A stretch of 64,000 nt of DNA from Perkinsus chesapeaki ATCC PRA-425. Its lineage: Eukaryota > Protista > Perkinsozoa. The position numbers and the translations under genes were made by a program. Position 1 is the first letter of the stretch; each line of letters starts with the position of its first letter. A model generated the notes under the pieces. It saw nothing but the letters and a program-made list of their open reading frames with translations, was not told where the DNA came from and ran no database searches. The stretch lies in contig JAAPAO010000047.1 in the NCBI GenBank assembly GCA_013115145.1, positions 40,425-104,424 on the forward strand, written 5' to 3'. Positions 26,711-37,532 of this stretch are shown here, piece after piece.

Positions 26711-28642
26711 ATGTTAGCCATCACCACCGCTATCATCTACTCATTTCTATACTCATGTCTATTATCCTCCTCGGTCATCACAGCTCAATATTGGGATAAA
26801 GATCCCCAAGCGAAGGTTATCATACTCCCACAGGAGCGACTTGTTAAATCTGATGGTAGTAAAGGAGGCTGGGGCTTTGCTCAGAACATACAATGCCAAC
26901 AACGGAAGTTACGAAGGCTTTGGGATAAGTGAGAATAGGGAGTTTAAGTTTCGAAGATGTTTTTGTTTAAGTCGAGATTATTGAATGGCTCTTAAATACC
27001 GTGTGATTCAAAGTCTTCAGGTTCATGGCATAACACTCAAAGGGAGAAGATCGACTTTACTGATGCTTGCGGGTATGCAGCCTGTCGAAGCAGATTACTG
27101 CTATCCATTCTCGCTGTTTCTCCGCCATTTCTTTCTTTCATCATTGAAGGTACATTGCGCCGACGGTTGAGGGTGGACCAAGCTCACACTTGCTATCGCA
27201 CGGTTGCCAGCTGTGGTTGGCTGGAAACTACTCGGCTGGGAACCAAAGACAGCTTGAAAGGGAGGCTTTGGTAGATCTGTTCTATGAGCTTAATGGTATG
27301 GATTGGCGCAATAGAGATGGCTGGCTTATTGGTGAGCCATGCTGGAATGATTGGTGAGAAGCTTGGTATGCACGCATGCGCAAGAGCTGGTCTTAGGTAC
27401 GGTGTGGAATGCAACGAGTTCGGATATGTCCGCTCTATTTCGTTGGCAGACAATAGACTTAAAGGGCAGGTCCCAGCAAGTCTTAGTTACCTTATATATT
27501 TAGAGGTGGGCACAGGTTCGAATCCCGGCGGGGGCACTTTAGGCATTATTTACCACTTGCTTAGGAAATATATCTTCACAACACAGCAGATGCATTTCAT
27601 TCCTTTCCAAATCGTGATGCGAACAGAATAACTGGCAGCTTGCCCAGGCTGGGCTCACTTAGGCGGCTCCAGGTAGGCATATCTTATGGTATCTTAGGAA
27701 TCTTGCGAGTGCGTTGCAGGTCTTAGATGTAAGTGGCAATGAAATAGAAGCGCTTCCCTATGATCTGTAATGCATTTAGCCCTCTCCATTCCCAGCCATC
27801 TCGAGCCTAGGTATCGCAACACGAATCTTGAGATTGTGTCGGCCTCGAGAAACCGTTTGACGAAGCTACCGACGTATCTTGGGAGATTGCGCAACCTGAA
27901 GATTCTTCAGCTCCAAGATAACCTTATAGACGATATGTTGCCGATAGCAGAGGTGAAAATCTTCCGGGTGCGCAAATGGAGTATCTTTGTTTGGCATGTG
28001 TAGATTTGCAAGCTACTGAGTATCCAGGTTTTTGATCTTGGGAATAACACAATATCAGGAAAGCTCAGGTGAGCTAGGATGTGTTGGCTAGTCGAACTAC
28101 GTCAATGAACGTGGGAGTTGTCACCGCGGCATGACCGCGAATTTCGTGTTAAAGGCAGATCAACCATAAATATCAGGATAGAGATTCCCCTTTTCGATTC
28201 ACCTCGAATTTTCGGAGTCAATTTTTATATCCTTGCATCTTAGTAACTGCCTATCGAGACTTGACCCATTATTATTTGATATCTCCGCTTCACATCCAAG
28301 AGGTATGCCAGTTGGTAAGGGCCTTATTGGAGAGTTCCCCACATCAGTAAGAGCTATTAGTATGTATAGGGTAGGTTATGGTAGGTAATACCAGCTTGGA
28401 AGAATATACAGGATGGGTATCTATCGGTATACTTCCAGTTCTATATGACTGGTCATATTGCTAGTGCTTGCAGCGATATACGTTACTGTTATCAGTAGGA
28501 CCCATATGGTGGTGTGAAATTCCTAATGCACGGATATGAATGGGATTTTGAGAAAAATCAAAGCATCGAATATTCTGCGGTGAATATTATCCTGCTGTGC
28601 TTAATCCTCGATGCTCTCTCCTATTTAAGGCTCATAGTGTAA
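26711..28642 (+). CDS. Secreted/surface leucine-rich-repeat protein with plant-type LRR N-cap (multi-exon)
   Basis: Signal peptide MLAITTAIIYSFLYSCLLSSSVITA. N-cap EREALVDLFYELNGMDWRNRDGWLIGEPCWNDW|YGVEC. LRRs ISLADNRLKGQVPASL, ANRITGSLPRLGSLRRLQ, LDVSGNEIEALP, LQLQDNLID. Hydrophobic C-terminus. Confidence 0.85.
27506..27537 (+). pseudogene. tRNA T-arm plus acceptor 3' strand fragment at the 5' end of an LRR-gene intron (27506-27564)
   Basis: GTGGGC-ACAGG-TTCGAAT-CCCGG-CGGGGGC-A: perfect B-box GGTTCGAATCC, then a 7-nt acceptor strand and discriminator A. Splicing 27506-27564 gives in-frame LE|EIYLHN. Confidence 0.6.
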
Positions 28643-28775
28643 TGGTGCTTTAGGTTTATGTATGATACTCATGGTGACCTTACATGGGCCAGTGCGGGGG
28701 AAATACCGGATGTTGTCATGGAGACTGTTAACCTTGCTCGAGGGCAATCTGTCTGATACTATAGACTGTTGGGTT

Positions 28776-28832
28776 AAAAACACCGTAGCCGGGGATCGAA
28801 CCTGCGCACTGTAGATTCTCACAGTCTCTGAT
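28776..28832 (-). pseudogene. Degenerate tRNA(Phe-like) 3' portion with oligo-T terminator, just upstream of the GCSH start
   Basis: Reverse complement AGAGA-CTGTGAGAA-TCTAC-AGTGC-GCAGG-TTCGATC-CCCGG-CTACGGT-G-TTTTT. The anticodon and T stems are broken and there is no matching 5' acceptor strand. Confidence 0.5.
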
Positions 28833-28843
28833 CCAACACTGTA

Positions 28844-29901
28844 ATGCTCGTCGTCGTCGGCGCCCTCCGCCAAACAGCCGCCAGCAGCGTATTGGGCATG
28901 CGAGCTGCTGCTGCCTTGCGCATGCGTGCATACCGCTCCTTCGCTACAACTACAGTTTTTACTAAGAGCCATGAATGGATTAAAGTGGACGGCAATAATG
29001 CTACTGTTGGAATAACGAACTATGCTCAAGATCAATTGGGGGAGATTGTGTAATAACTAGCTTTAAGATATCTTACTCCGAATCCTAGTCGGTGGGATGA
29101 TAGCCACACGGTTACTTGAAGGGGCTGGCTTTTTTCAAAGCTATAGAGGGAAATATTTTGAGTTCACAAAAAAGAATCACCGTAAAGGGTTAGCATCGTC
29201 GTCTGAGAATCGTTATTCTGGCATGATCGGTAGGGGTTGGCTGTCACTAGGTCCCTACTGGTAACAAAGTATGTGCAAATTCAGGCGGCTGCGGGTTCGA
29301 TTCCTGGGACCGTTTATTTTTTCGTGTTTTTCCTTGGCAAACTCGTGATAGTGTACGGTACTTATTATATACTTTTATAGTAGGAATTACTGACAGACAA
29401 AGAGGAATCTCATTGCTGGATTTGAGTGGCTGTTTGTCAGGTATGTTGACTTTCCACCGATAGGAACTAAGCTTAAGGGAGGAGATACAATGTGTACTTT
29501 GGAGAGTGTTAAGGCAGTTGGGGAAGTGTAATGTCGGGGCCAGGGATCGAACCAGGGACCTTTAGTGATTTAGGTATTGTCCGTTACCCAAAGGAGGTGA
29601 AGTGACGGAGGTTAATAGCGCTCTGGAGGATAGCCCATCACAAGTTAATGAAGCAGCTGAAGGAGATGGATGGCTGGTTAAACTCAACTTCGAGTACTGA
29701 GGCTTGATGACCGCGTCGATGGAATCTCACAAATTTCGAAATGCTGCGGTCGGTCACCGGCGCTGACGAAAATGGGAGAACTGTTGTTATCGATTGTCTT
29801 TGAGTTGTGCCCTTATTTTCAGGGGCGAGATCCAGGCCGATGGTGACAATTTTTTAACAGCCGAGCAGTACCAGGAGAAGGTTGTTGTACCGGGCGAGTA
29901 G
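28844..29901 (+). CDS. GCSH: Glycine cleavage system H protein, mitochondrial (4 exons)
   Basis: Basic transit peptide, then [31 protein letters not shown]|[19 protein letters not shown]|[37 protein letters not shown]|... The lipoyl-lysine motif ESVKA is present. Confidence 0.96.
29250..29320 (+). pseudogene. tRNA(Glu-like) 3' fragment inside GCSH intron 1 (29050-29440)
   Basis: CAGGCGGCTGCGGGTTCGATTCCTGG resembles the eukaryotic tRNA-Glu 3' half and is followed by TTTATTTTTT. GGTCCC (29250) can pair with GGGACC (29306-29311). Confidence 0.5.
29528..29573 (-). pseudogene. 3' half of a tRNA-Phe-like sequence constituting the 46-nt GCSH intron 2
   Basis: Reverse complement CT-AAA-TC-ACTAA-AGGTC-CCTGG-TTCGATC-CCTGG-CCCCGAC-A fits tRNA positions 32-73 without gaps. 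The core AAGGTCCCTGGTTCGATCCC matches eukaryotic tRNA-Phe as I recall it. Removing the intron restores AVGEV-YCP. Confidence 0.75.
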
Positions 29902-30127
29902 TCTAGTGGCTTCAAAAGGCTACATTTCATTTGCAGGACCATCAGTCTAAGGTTCACAGTCTATATAAATGTGCTTGGTGTTCTAGTCGATGTCACCGTG
30001 GGGTAGGGAGCCGCCAACCTTTCCCTTGTTACTCGGAGTATCTGAGGGCTGGCCTCGGCCCGAGATCTAAGCGTTGATTGAAGTGATATCTTCTGAAGTG
30101 CGTTTAGGGATAACAGCTTTGGTGTGA

Positions 30128-33100
30128 ATGGCGGCGGCTGGTGGTTATAATCCTCCGGAAGCGAGTATGCTCACTCGTGGGGCAATAAGTCGTCTGGCTG
30201 AATTGAGCCCAGGCGAGCTCTCCGGGTAAGAGGGATGGGATATCTAAAATAGGGAATTACTCCAGGGCTTCCTCGAAGGTGAAGCGATATCGGCACAATA
30301 TCTTTTATTCATATCGAACCCCTTTGAAGAAAGCCTGGTACATTTCTTGCGCGGGCATTTTTTAGAATATTCACGGGTGGCCGCAGTCGGGGCTGAGGTG
30401 AGAATTTCATGGAGACTATGATGATATAGGTTTCTTCTTACCTGTATATAATTCCACCTCAGCCCCGACTGCGGCCACCCGTGTATTGTATTGAAAGAAA
30501 TATGATACAGTATTGAAAGAAATATGATACATTTTATCATCTTGATGATAATCTGATAACACCATATTATTGCTAATATCCGCTACTGTCCTTCTCACTT
30601 CCAATAGGTTCCATCCAACCCTCCAAATAACTGCCGTATCAGCGATGGGGATAGCGGAGAATGGCGTCCGTAGACTGCGTGTGGTCCTCTCAGATGGAAC
30701 GTAGGGACTTGACGATCTTTGTTGGTCCACAGATGTTATCAGACATTGCTCCAGTGCAATGCCGTTCGGTCCCCTCCTGCAGAGTAACGTCCAGTTCCGA
30801 CAGTTCGCATTGGTACGGTAGCCTTGGTCTTTTGTCACTTTCTGTATTATTGGCGCAGGGTCGCTGTACTTTTGCATCAGCGAATGTGAAGGGGAAGCAT
30901 GTGGTGCTGCTGAAGGAATATGAGGAGGTAACGAAGGGTTCTGGGGGCATTCTTCGGGGGGCATAGTGGAAGTGGATAGTATTATAGGATAGTTTCTATT
31001 GAATGAGATGGAGCTTTACGGTAGTTAGGACCGAACCAGGATTTAGTTGAATTGGTTGAAACAGATTAGAAACAGCAAAAGTGAAATAGCCAATTACCAA
31101 CCCTCGCTCTTCTTTCAGCGGTTCTGATTTCCTTTGTTTTTTCTCATACTTCTTAACTGGAAGTATGTGGAGGGTATTACTGATAAGAGAATGCGCATAA
31201 GGGTTTTGTGTTGCTGTTTATCAGGTTCGGCCGCCACTTCGTGACACCATTGGGAATCCAACCCTCTACCGTCCAAGCTCAGCTGTGGCTAATAACGCCA
31301 ATCATGAGAATGCGCCTTCTCATGGGGTGATCTCCTCTACCCCCAGGAATCAGCGCTCCTTTCAGAATGGCATGGGACAGCAAAATGCCGCGATTCACCA
31401 GAATCCACCACTGCACCAATACCCTACACTGGATGGGCCACCGCAGGGGAAGCAGCAAGCTGGCGGTTATCAATATGGAGGAACTGTAGGGGTGAGCCTA
31501 CCTGAGCGGACTTCTGCATCTGAGTCTCATCCTTTGGCGTGTTCAATGGCTTGAAATTAAGGTTGGTTACAAGTCGACTATCGGTGAGAATTAGAAGATG
31601 GAGTTGACCCCGTTGATGGCGATGGCACATTAGTTGAGCCAAGGAGATGTGAACGAGTTTGAATATCTCATGTTGACTCTTACGCCGCCATAAAGATTAA
31701 TAACACTATGTCATCTGAAGTTTTATATGAATGCAAAGGCGCTTTATATTACTATTGTTATGGAATGACTTTATTTCTTTTAGACTCAATATCAACAGCA
31801 GCAGCAGCAGCCTCATAGTGGAGGCAGTAGTAGTGGCCTTGGGAGTAACAATGGCTCTGCTGCTTCAAGTGGGAGGCAATTACCGACTTATATGCAACAA
31901 CAACAACCACTGCAGCAGCAGCAGCAGAATCAGCATAAAGTTGCTGGGCCTCCTCTACGAGCACATCCTACAAACCCATATCAGGTAGTGAGGGTCTTCC
32001 GTTCTCTACGTGACAATGTCCCTTGTTGATTCGACGAAAACTAGCCTATGGCAAATTTATAATGTGTAAAATATTACTCTATATCATCCCCTCTATAGTG
32101 TACTTCATTAATTCCTTTCGCATCATGGTTTTCTTTTACAGCAACAACCAATCGGTGGAGGGATGCTCGCGCGTCAACAAAGTGTAACACTTGGTGGTAA
32201 TCCTCAAGGCCCGTCGGCCTATGGTGGTAGTACCGGAGTGCAACATCAGCAGCAACAACAAGCGGCAGCATCAAGGCAGCAGCAGAATCCATACGGGGCA
32301 GGAGCGCATCACGGAGGTAGTAGAGAGGGGAGGATGGCGATGGTGGGAGGAAATGCCATACTAGTCTCAAGTTTGTTCCTGTGAATCGATAGAATTAGCA
32401 TATGCTATATTGGCCTTGTGTACCTGTTGGCCATTTCTATTTGGTGGGAGCTCACTAGATGATTTCGTGTATTCTTGAGGTGACAATTGGTTTTCTTGTT
32501 CAGGTGGTGGCCCTGTTAGCTATAGGCCTGTGGCTAATGATATTATCCCTATATCACAGCTTAGCGTATATTCACAAAAGTACTAATATGCCGGCGGGCA
32601 TTCTGTGGGCAATTTTTGTGCCGTTCAGATGGACCATCAAAGGTCGAGTATCCAGCAAGTCTGATGTCCGTACATTCACTAATAGCCGCGGAGAGGGGCA
32701 ATTATTCTCCATTGAGATAGTCGATGACCAGAGTGCAGAGATTCGAGCCACATTCTTCAACTCGGTAGTAGTTGGGCAGGGGTGGTTGGGTGGATCACAT
32801 TGATTCCTAAGCTCTTTCCGACCAGCATGTATTGTGTATATCATGAACTTTATTTAATTATAACCGCCAATAACATAGACAGGGATAATAAATACAAGTA
32901 TACGAAAGCCTCGAAAGGTAGTTCATTTATAGAACAGGTAAGATACTATTGATATATAGGAGAAAGTTTCTTCAAAGTGACTTTACCATTTTTAGTTCCG
33001 AAATTGTGTGACATATTTTCCGCCACTTTCCATCAGGCCGTTACGAAGTTCTTCCCGATGATTCAGCAAGGAAGAGTGTATACGTTTAGCAAAGGCCAAG

Positions 33101-35766
33101 TTAAACAAGCGAATGCTCGATTCAACCCTGGAGCCACTTACGAGGTAAATCGAAAGCGGCCTAGAGAGTTGCCACAGTAGGCTGAATGCTTATTAGTTGA
33201 CTTTCAACGACGATGCTATCATAGAGGAATCGACAGACTCAGTGGAGATTCCGAGGATAGTATACAAGTGATAGGGAGGCGATGAGGGTGGGAATAGATA
33301 TGGCTTGTTTAGGATATCTAAGATTGCAACTATACAGGACAGGAATCCGGATGAATTTGTCGATCTATGTGGTATTGTTACCCACTGTTCGCCAGTGTCC
33401 ATGGTAATAGAGATGGGCTTTATGGGTTGGGAGACTTTTATTCCAATTGGAGCTTCCGTGCTGGCATGCATCTTTCCGTTGTCTCGCACAAACGCTATTT
33501 GAGATACGTGCGCGATTGTGGCCCCTTGCAGTAAGGTAGGCGAAAAAAGCGAGGAAGTACTGCATGCCGCTACGCAGAGATTCTGTCGTATATTAGCATG
33601 TACAGTAAATGGTGTTTTATTGATTAGGTGACAATAAGGAATTCTGGTAATGAAAGAGCTAGGCGTAACTTCACTATAGCCGATGATAGTGGATGCTCTA
33701 TAGAGATGACCGTCTGGGGAGATATGTAATACAGTGGGGCTCGAAACAAATCGGGGACCATCGGAGTTTCGCTGGCCGAACGTACGCCTGTTCTGAATGC
33801 TCTTTTTTGTATGATCTGAAGTAGTGACGATGTTTGAGTAACGTGGCTCATGTAAATTAAATTTAGTTGTAATTGGCACGCACAATATTCAGTGGTAAAT
33901 GGAAGATTCATCTTGTCCCTTTGTGTCAGGGCGCAGAATTGCGGTGTGGACGAGAACAGGGCGCAGTACCATCCTGTTGTGATGATCAAAAATGTAATAC
34001 ATACAGCGCTTCGCTCCGCTAGACTATCTCGTTTCCCCAGGCCAGGATTGGCAGCTATGGTGGTAGAAGTCTCTCTGCGGTTGGAAACACTAGAATCGAA
34101 GTCGACCCGGATGACTCTAGGGCTTTTGAGGTGAAGAACTGGTGGATGCAAACTGGCCAGGGAGGTAATGGTATTCTCCCATCCTTGGACAACTCGGTGT
34201 GCTGCGTTAGGTGCTGTACAAGCATTATCTACTGGAGGTGGAGGAGGGGGAGGCAATGCTCCAGTATCGGTCATTGAGTAAGGTGCAGTGGGCCTTGGCG
34301 AGCCAGTATATTATATCAGCTGATATTATCACCTATAAGTTTTACCTGCAGCAGTACTCCATCATCATGATCACTTCATCATCTGTCAAACGTGTATGCT
34401 TAATCTTGAGTGCAACATTTTACTGGACTGTGGGAAATAATGGGTCTTAATCTTAGAAAGCAGTGTCAAGTGGTAAATGTAGGAAACTTGTAGTGATGTA
34501 ATTGTCAGATAGTAATATGTATGTGCTATAAGAGCGTGTAGTGGTGTGTAGTTGGAAGCAAAACTCTCTTCGTCAAAGCGTCTCTATTTTGCCCTGCCTG
34601 TCTTGGGCGAACCTACGACTCTCGCCAAAAGAACAAAGAATCCGCGAGAGAGGCGGCCCATGTGCTGTTGTGGTATATTGTGTTTGATAATTGTTTTGGC
34701 TTTTTCAGAGTTATGCGGATGGATAACAACCTTTTCCTGGCCTTGTCGGGTCAGTCGGATGTTCCCAATGCTCGTCCAGTAAACACTCACACTTTACAGC
34801 GAGCTACTGTCTCTCAGATCTTCAAAACTGGAGATAGGGTAAGGTTATAATTGCGGCTTTATGGCAGCTCTTCTCAGCCGCTGTACTATACGAGTTGCAT
34901 TTCTGAGATTCAAGACGGACGAGGAGGAATGCGTAAATGTAGCAAGAAGGTTGAAAATGATCCAACCACAGGGATATGGTCATGTAAGTTGAAGGCTCTC
35001 GCGCCCCGCTGGTATTAGTACCAATAGATGTATCCACAACTTAGCCGGATGGACCTACTGTGGGCCTCTAGGCGAGGAATATTTCGCAGGAGTTGGGGGA
35101 CACTTATGCTGATGAGAGTTCTAAAAGTCAACAGGGACTCGGTGGATTTTCTATAAATTTTGCCGGCATGTTAAGGTTGATATAGTCCAACTCGGGAGTA
35201 GCGTCTGTAATACTTTCCCTCACTACAGGGGATGTTAGACACTGTATAATATATGCGATTGATCTCAGGTATAGATGGTCACCAAAATCAACAGTGCATG
35301 CCACGCTATATTATCAATCTCAAACTCGCCGATATGTCAGGTTAGTGGGCATGTAGGATATATGAAAGTCATTTCTATTATATTTTAGGTGAGGTACTTG
35401 TTCGAGCATTCGATGAGCAAGCCCAGGCTCTCCTTGGGGTGGGGTTGGTCTGCTTGGCTTAACTCTCATCAGTTATCGTTCCCCAGGTGTCAGCGCAGGA
35501 GATGATGCAAAATATGGGGGAGGAGGATATTGAACAAGTTATTATCCGTGCTCAATTTAAGAAAATTAATGTGAGTTTCGATGTTGCCTCGAAGGGGGAG
35601 GATGAGCGAGGTTGAAATTGAATCTGAGTAGGCGCGTGTGAGGTCGAAGAAGGAGGTCTACACTGATGAGGAGCGGGTGAACGTATCGCTTACTGATTTT
35701 ACAGCGATAACCGATCAGAACCTGCAGCAGGATGCGCAACAAATGATGCAACTTATTAATACGTGA
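30128..35766 (+). CDS. RPA1: Replication protein A large subunit (RPA70), multi-exon
   Basis: N-terminal OB ([19 protein letters not shown]), a Q/G/N-rich linker, [79 protein letters not shown], and DBD-C Zn motif (LYYTSC..KCSKKV..WSC) with [11 protein letters not shown]. Stop at 35764-35766. Confidence 0.92.
30372..30483. mobile_element. 112-bp MITE-like insertion in the first RPA1 intron
   Basis: Perfect 29-bp terminal inverted repeats (CACGGGTGGCCGCAGTCGGGGCTGAGGTG at 30372-30400; reverse complement at 30455-30483), flanked on both sides by TATT (candidate 4-bp TSD). Confidence 0.75.
30488..30531. repeat. 22-bp tandem duplication (GTATTGAAAGAAATATGATACA x2) next to the MITE
   Basis: Two exact consecutive copies, read directly from the sequence. 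Confidence 0.9.
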
Positions 35767-36541
35767 TAATGTCAGTCGGATGTGTGGATGGTATTTTTGA
35801 CTTAGGTATTTGCAGAAAGTGGATCCCAATGGCTCAAGGATTTGAATTATTAAATGATTTGGAGATTCACGGTTTCAAGTCTCCTGTTTCCTGTTGGGTT
35901 ATCGATACCTAGGGAGTCTACATAAGTGTCCGTATACCCAACTGAAACCGTATGCCGTACGGCGGTCATTGTTTACGAGGTCTGTGAAAGGACGGTATGT
36001 TCAACAAAACCAGTCTAGAGCATTTACTTTCTGTAGGCCTCGCGAGAGTCTAGAAGTCTTACGGAGAGGGAACCCAGTAGAAATCGTGTGCCTTCGAAAA
36101 TAAGTAGAATGCGTAACTGGGGAAACCTTGAGGAATGAGTAACCCTTGAGAAAGCCCAAGATGATTCCTCTAAAACAAGCTCTTAATTGTTTCAGTTTTC
36201 GACTTGGTCAACAAAGTGTTGCTATACAATTACACTGGCTTGACTAATTTGTCTCCATGGAATTCCCTGCCTTTCGAGATAAACGATGGATCTCTGCAAT
36301 TATGGAAGGTTTTGAGCTCCCAGTGAGTGGTCTCTCCACCGATCATTCAATAGCTACGTCATCATCATCATCGATCAGAAGGGAGTTCTTGAGGATGCCG
36401 ACATCACACCAGAGTATTTAAGCAAGGATCCGACGGCCGGGTTTTTTGTGAGGAAAGTTGCGAACGTGAAGGATCAAATACGGCGAGCACTTTTCCGGTA
36501 AACGGTAAGTACGCTAATCTATATTATGACCGATCCGAAGT

Positions 36542-36681
36542 AGCGGGAATTTGTCGGCCTGCAGTGTATTGAAATATCACTACAATGGTTTGGTAAACAT
36601 TTGTCCTTCCCGAATGCGCCGAGACCTCCCATAGGCAGCGAGTCTATCAGTTCTTCTAAGTTCTTCTCTTTAGTTATATCT
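36542..36681. repeat. ~140-bp dispersed repeat, copy A (copy B at 53955-54094)
   Basis: AGCGGGAATTTGTCGGCCTGCAGTGTATTGAAATATCACT..GAGACCTCCCATAGGCAGCGAGTCTATCAGTTCTTCT is present at both loci in the same orientation with few differences. Confidence 0.9.
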
Positions 36682-37136
36682 GATTCTGATAACAAAACCG
36701 ATCGAAATGTGGAACCCTTTAGTATCATGAGATCGGGGCCGAGTGCCGGAATATAGTGTTAAGTCTCTTTCGGGCTGTTTAATACCGCGTGAAAGTTTCA
36801 CTGTGAAACTTATTGGCTGCCAGTGTTACTGTGCGCGGTGGAGCGCGGCCAATTAAATGACCCATCACAATCGATAAGAGGTTGTGAATTGAGAGGGTAG
36901 CTTCTTCTATTATATCTGTCCACTAGGGTTACTTTACTCCCATTGGTTCACGTTTAGCTATGCTGCAAACACCAGGAACGTTACATCAGCAGACATCCGA
37001 GGGTCGCAGGTTATCGAGTCCTCCATGACAGGCACTGTTTGTTCAAGATCCAGAACGTGGAAGTGCAGACGTTGCGAAAAGAGTGTGAAGAGAAATCCCG
37101 CTGGGTTGATGAAATCCGGCAACTCAGCGATTCCGA

Positions 37137-37390
37137 TACAAACTGGGTCACTTGGGCTGCCACTAAGAAGTTTTCTCGACGAAGCAAAGAACCGTTCAGT
37201 GTTGTACGGAAAGAACGGTGGACTATTAGACGGTGAGAAGCTTACGATGATTGCCCTTTGAGAAGATGAAGGGCTTTTCGGGAGGATTCTGTGCCGGTCA
37301 CTCGGTATTTCGAGTGTCCCTCCTCAGATGCGGTGCTGCAATCCCATATGATATTATATATTTTCGTGAAGGCGGTGATGGTTTTTCCAC
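37137..37390 (+). repeat. ~260-bp dispersed repeat of probable coding origin, copy A (copy B at 49840-50105)
   Basis: Direct alignment by eye. Many differences are synonymous in the frame ..GFSGGFCAGHSVFRV..CGAAIPYDIIYFREG(G/A)DGFST. Copy A is broken by a stop/frameshift. Confidence 0.85.
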
Positions 37391-37532
37391 ACGAGTCATA
37401 CCTGTACGGTGGATGGATCGCTTGCGTGGTGTGTACTTTTATTACTTTGAGTGACATGAGGTTTCTGCTGTTAATGTTCTTCTATGAGTTGTTAATTCGT
37501 TGGATAGCTAGAGGTGTCAGAAAACCAAAACG

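Noticed and set aside
28782-28790. ACCGTAGCC, identical to the start of the dinoflagellate/Perkinsus spliced leader
   Set aside because: Only 9 nt match, the rest of the leader and a donor GT are absent, and it is explained as the antisense acceptor strand of the tRNA relic.
31731-32384. CAG/GCA-rich runs suggesting a microsatellite or repeat array
   Set aside because: They encode the Gln/Gly/Asn-rich linker of RPA1; there is no repeat-spacer structure.
33726-33760. GTGGGGCTCGAA in an RPA1 intron (antisense of a tRNA-Lys(CTT)-like T-arm half)
   Set aside because: Only ~12 nt match and the other T-stem strand is missing; mentioned as weak support, not called as a feature.
35829-35838. ATGGCTCAAG resembling the spliced-leader 3' end
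   Set aside because: Too short, lies downstream of RPA1 and is not adjacent to a gene start; consistent with chance.
36519-36728. DISIHCRPTNSRY in the 140-bp repeat resembling Penelope RT YRKPT
   Set aside because: A single weak motif without PFLD or other RT context; kept only as an unclassified repeat.
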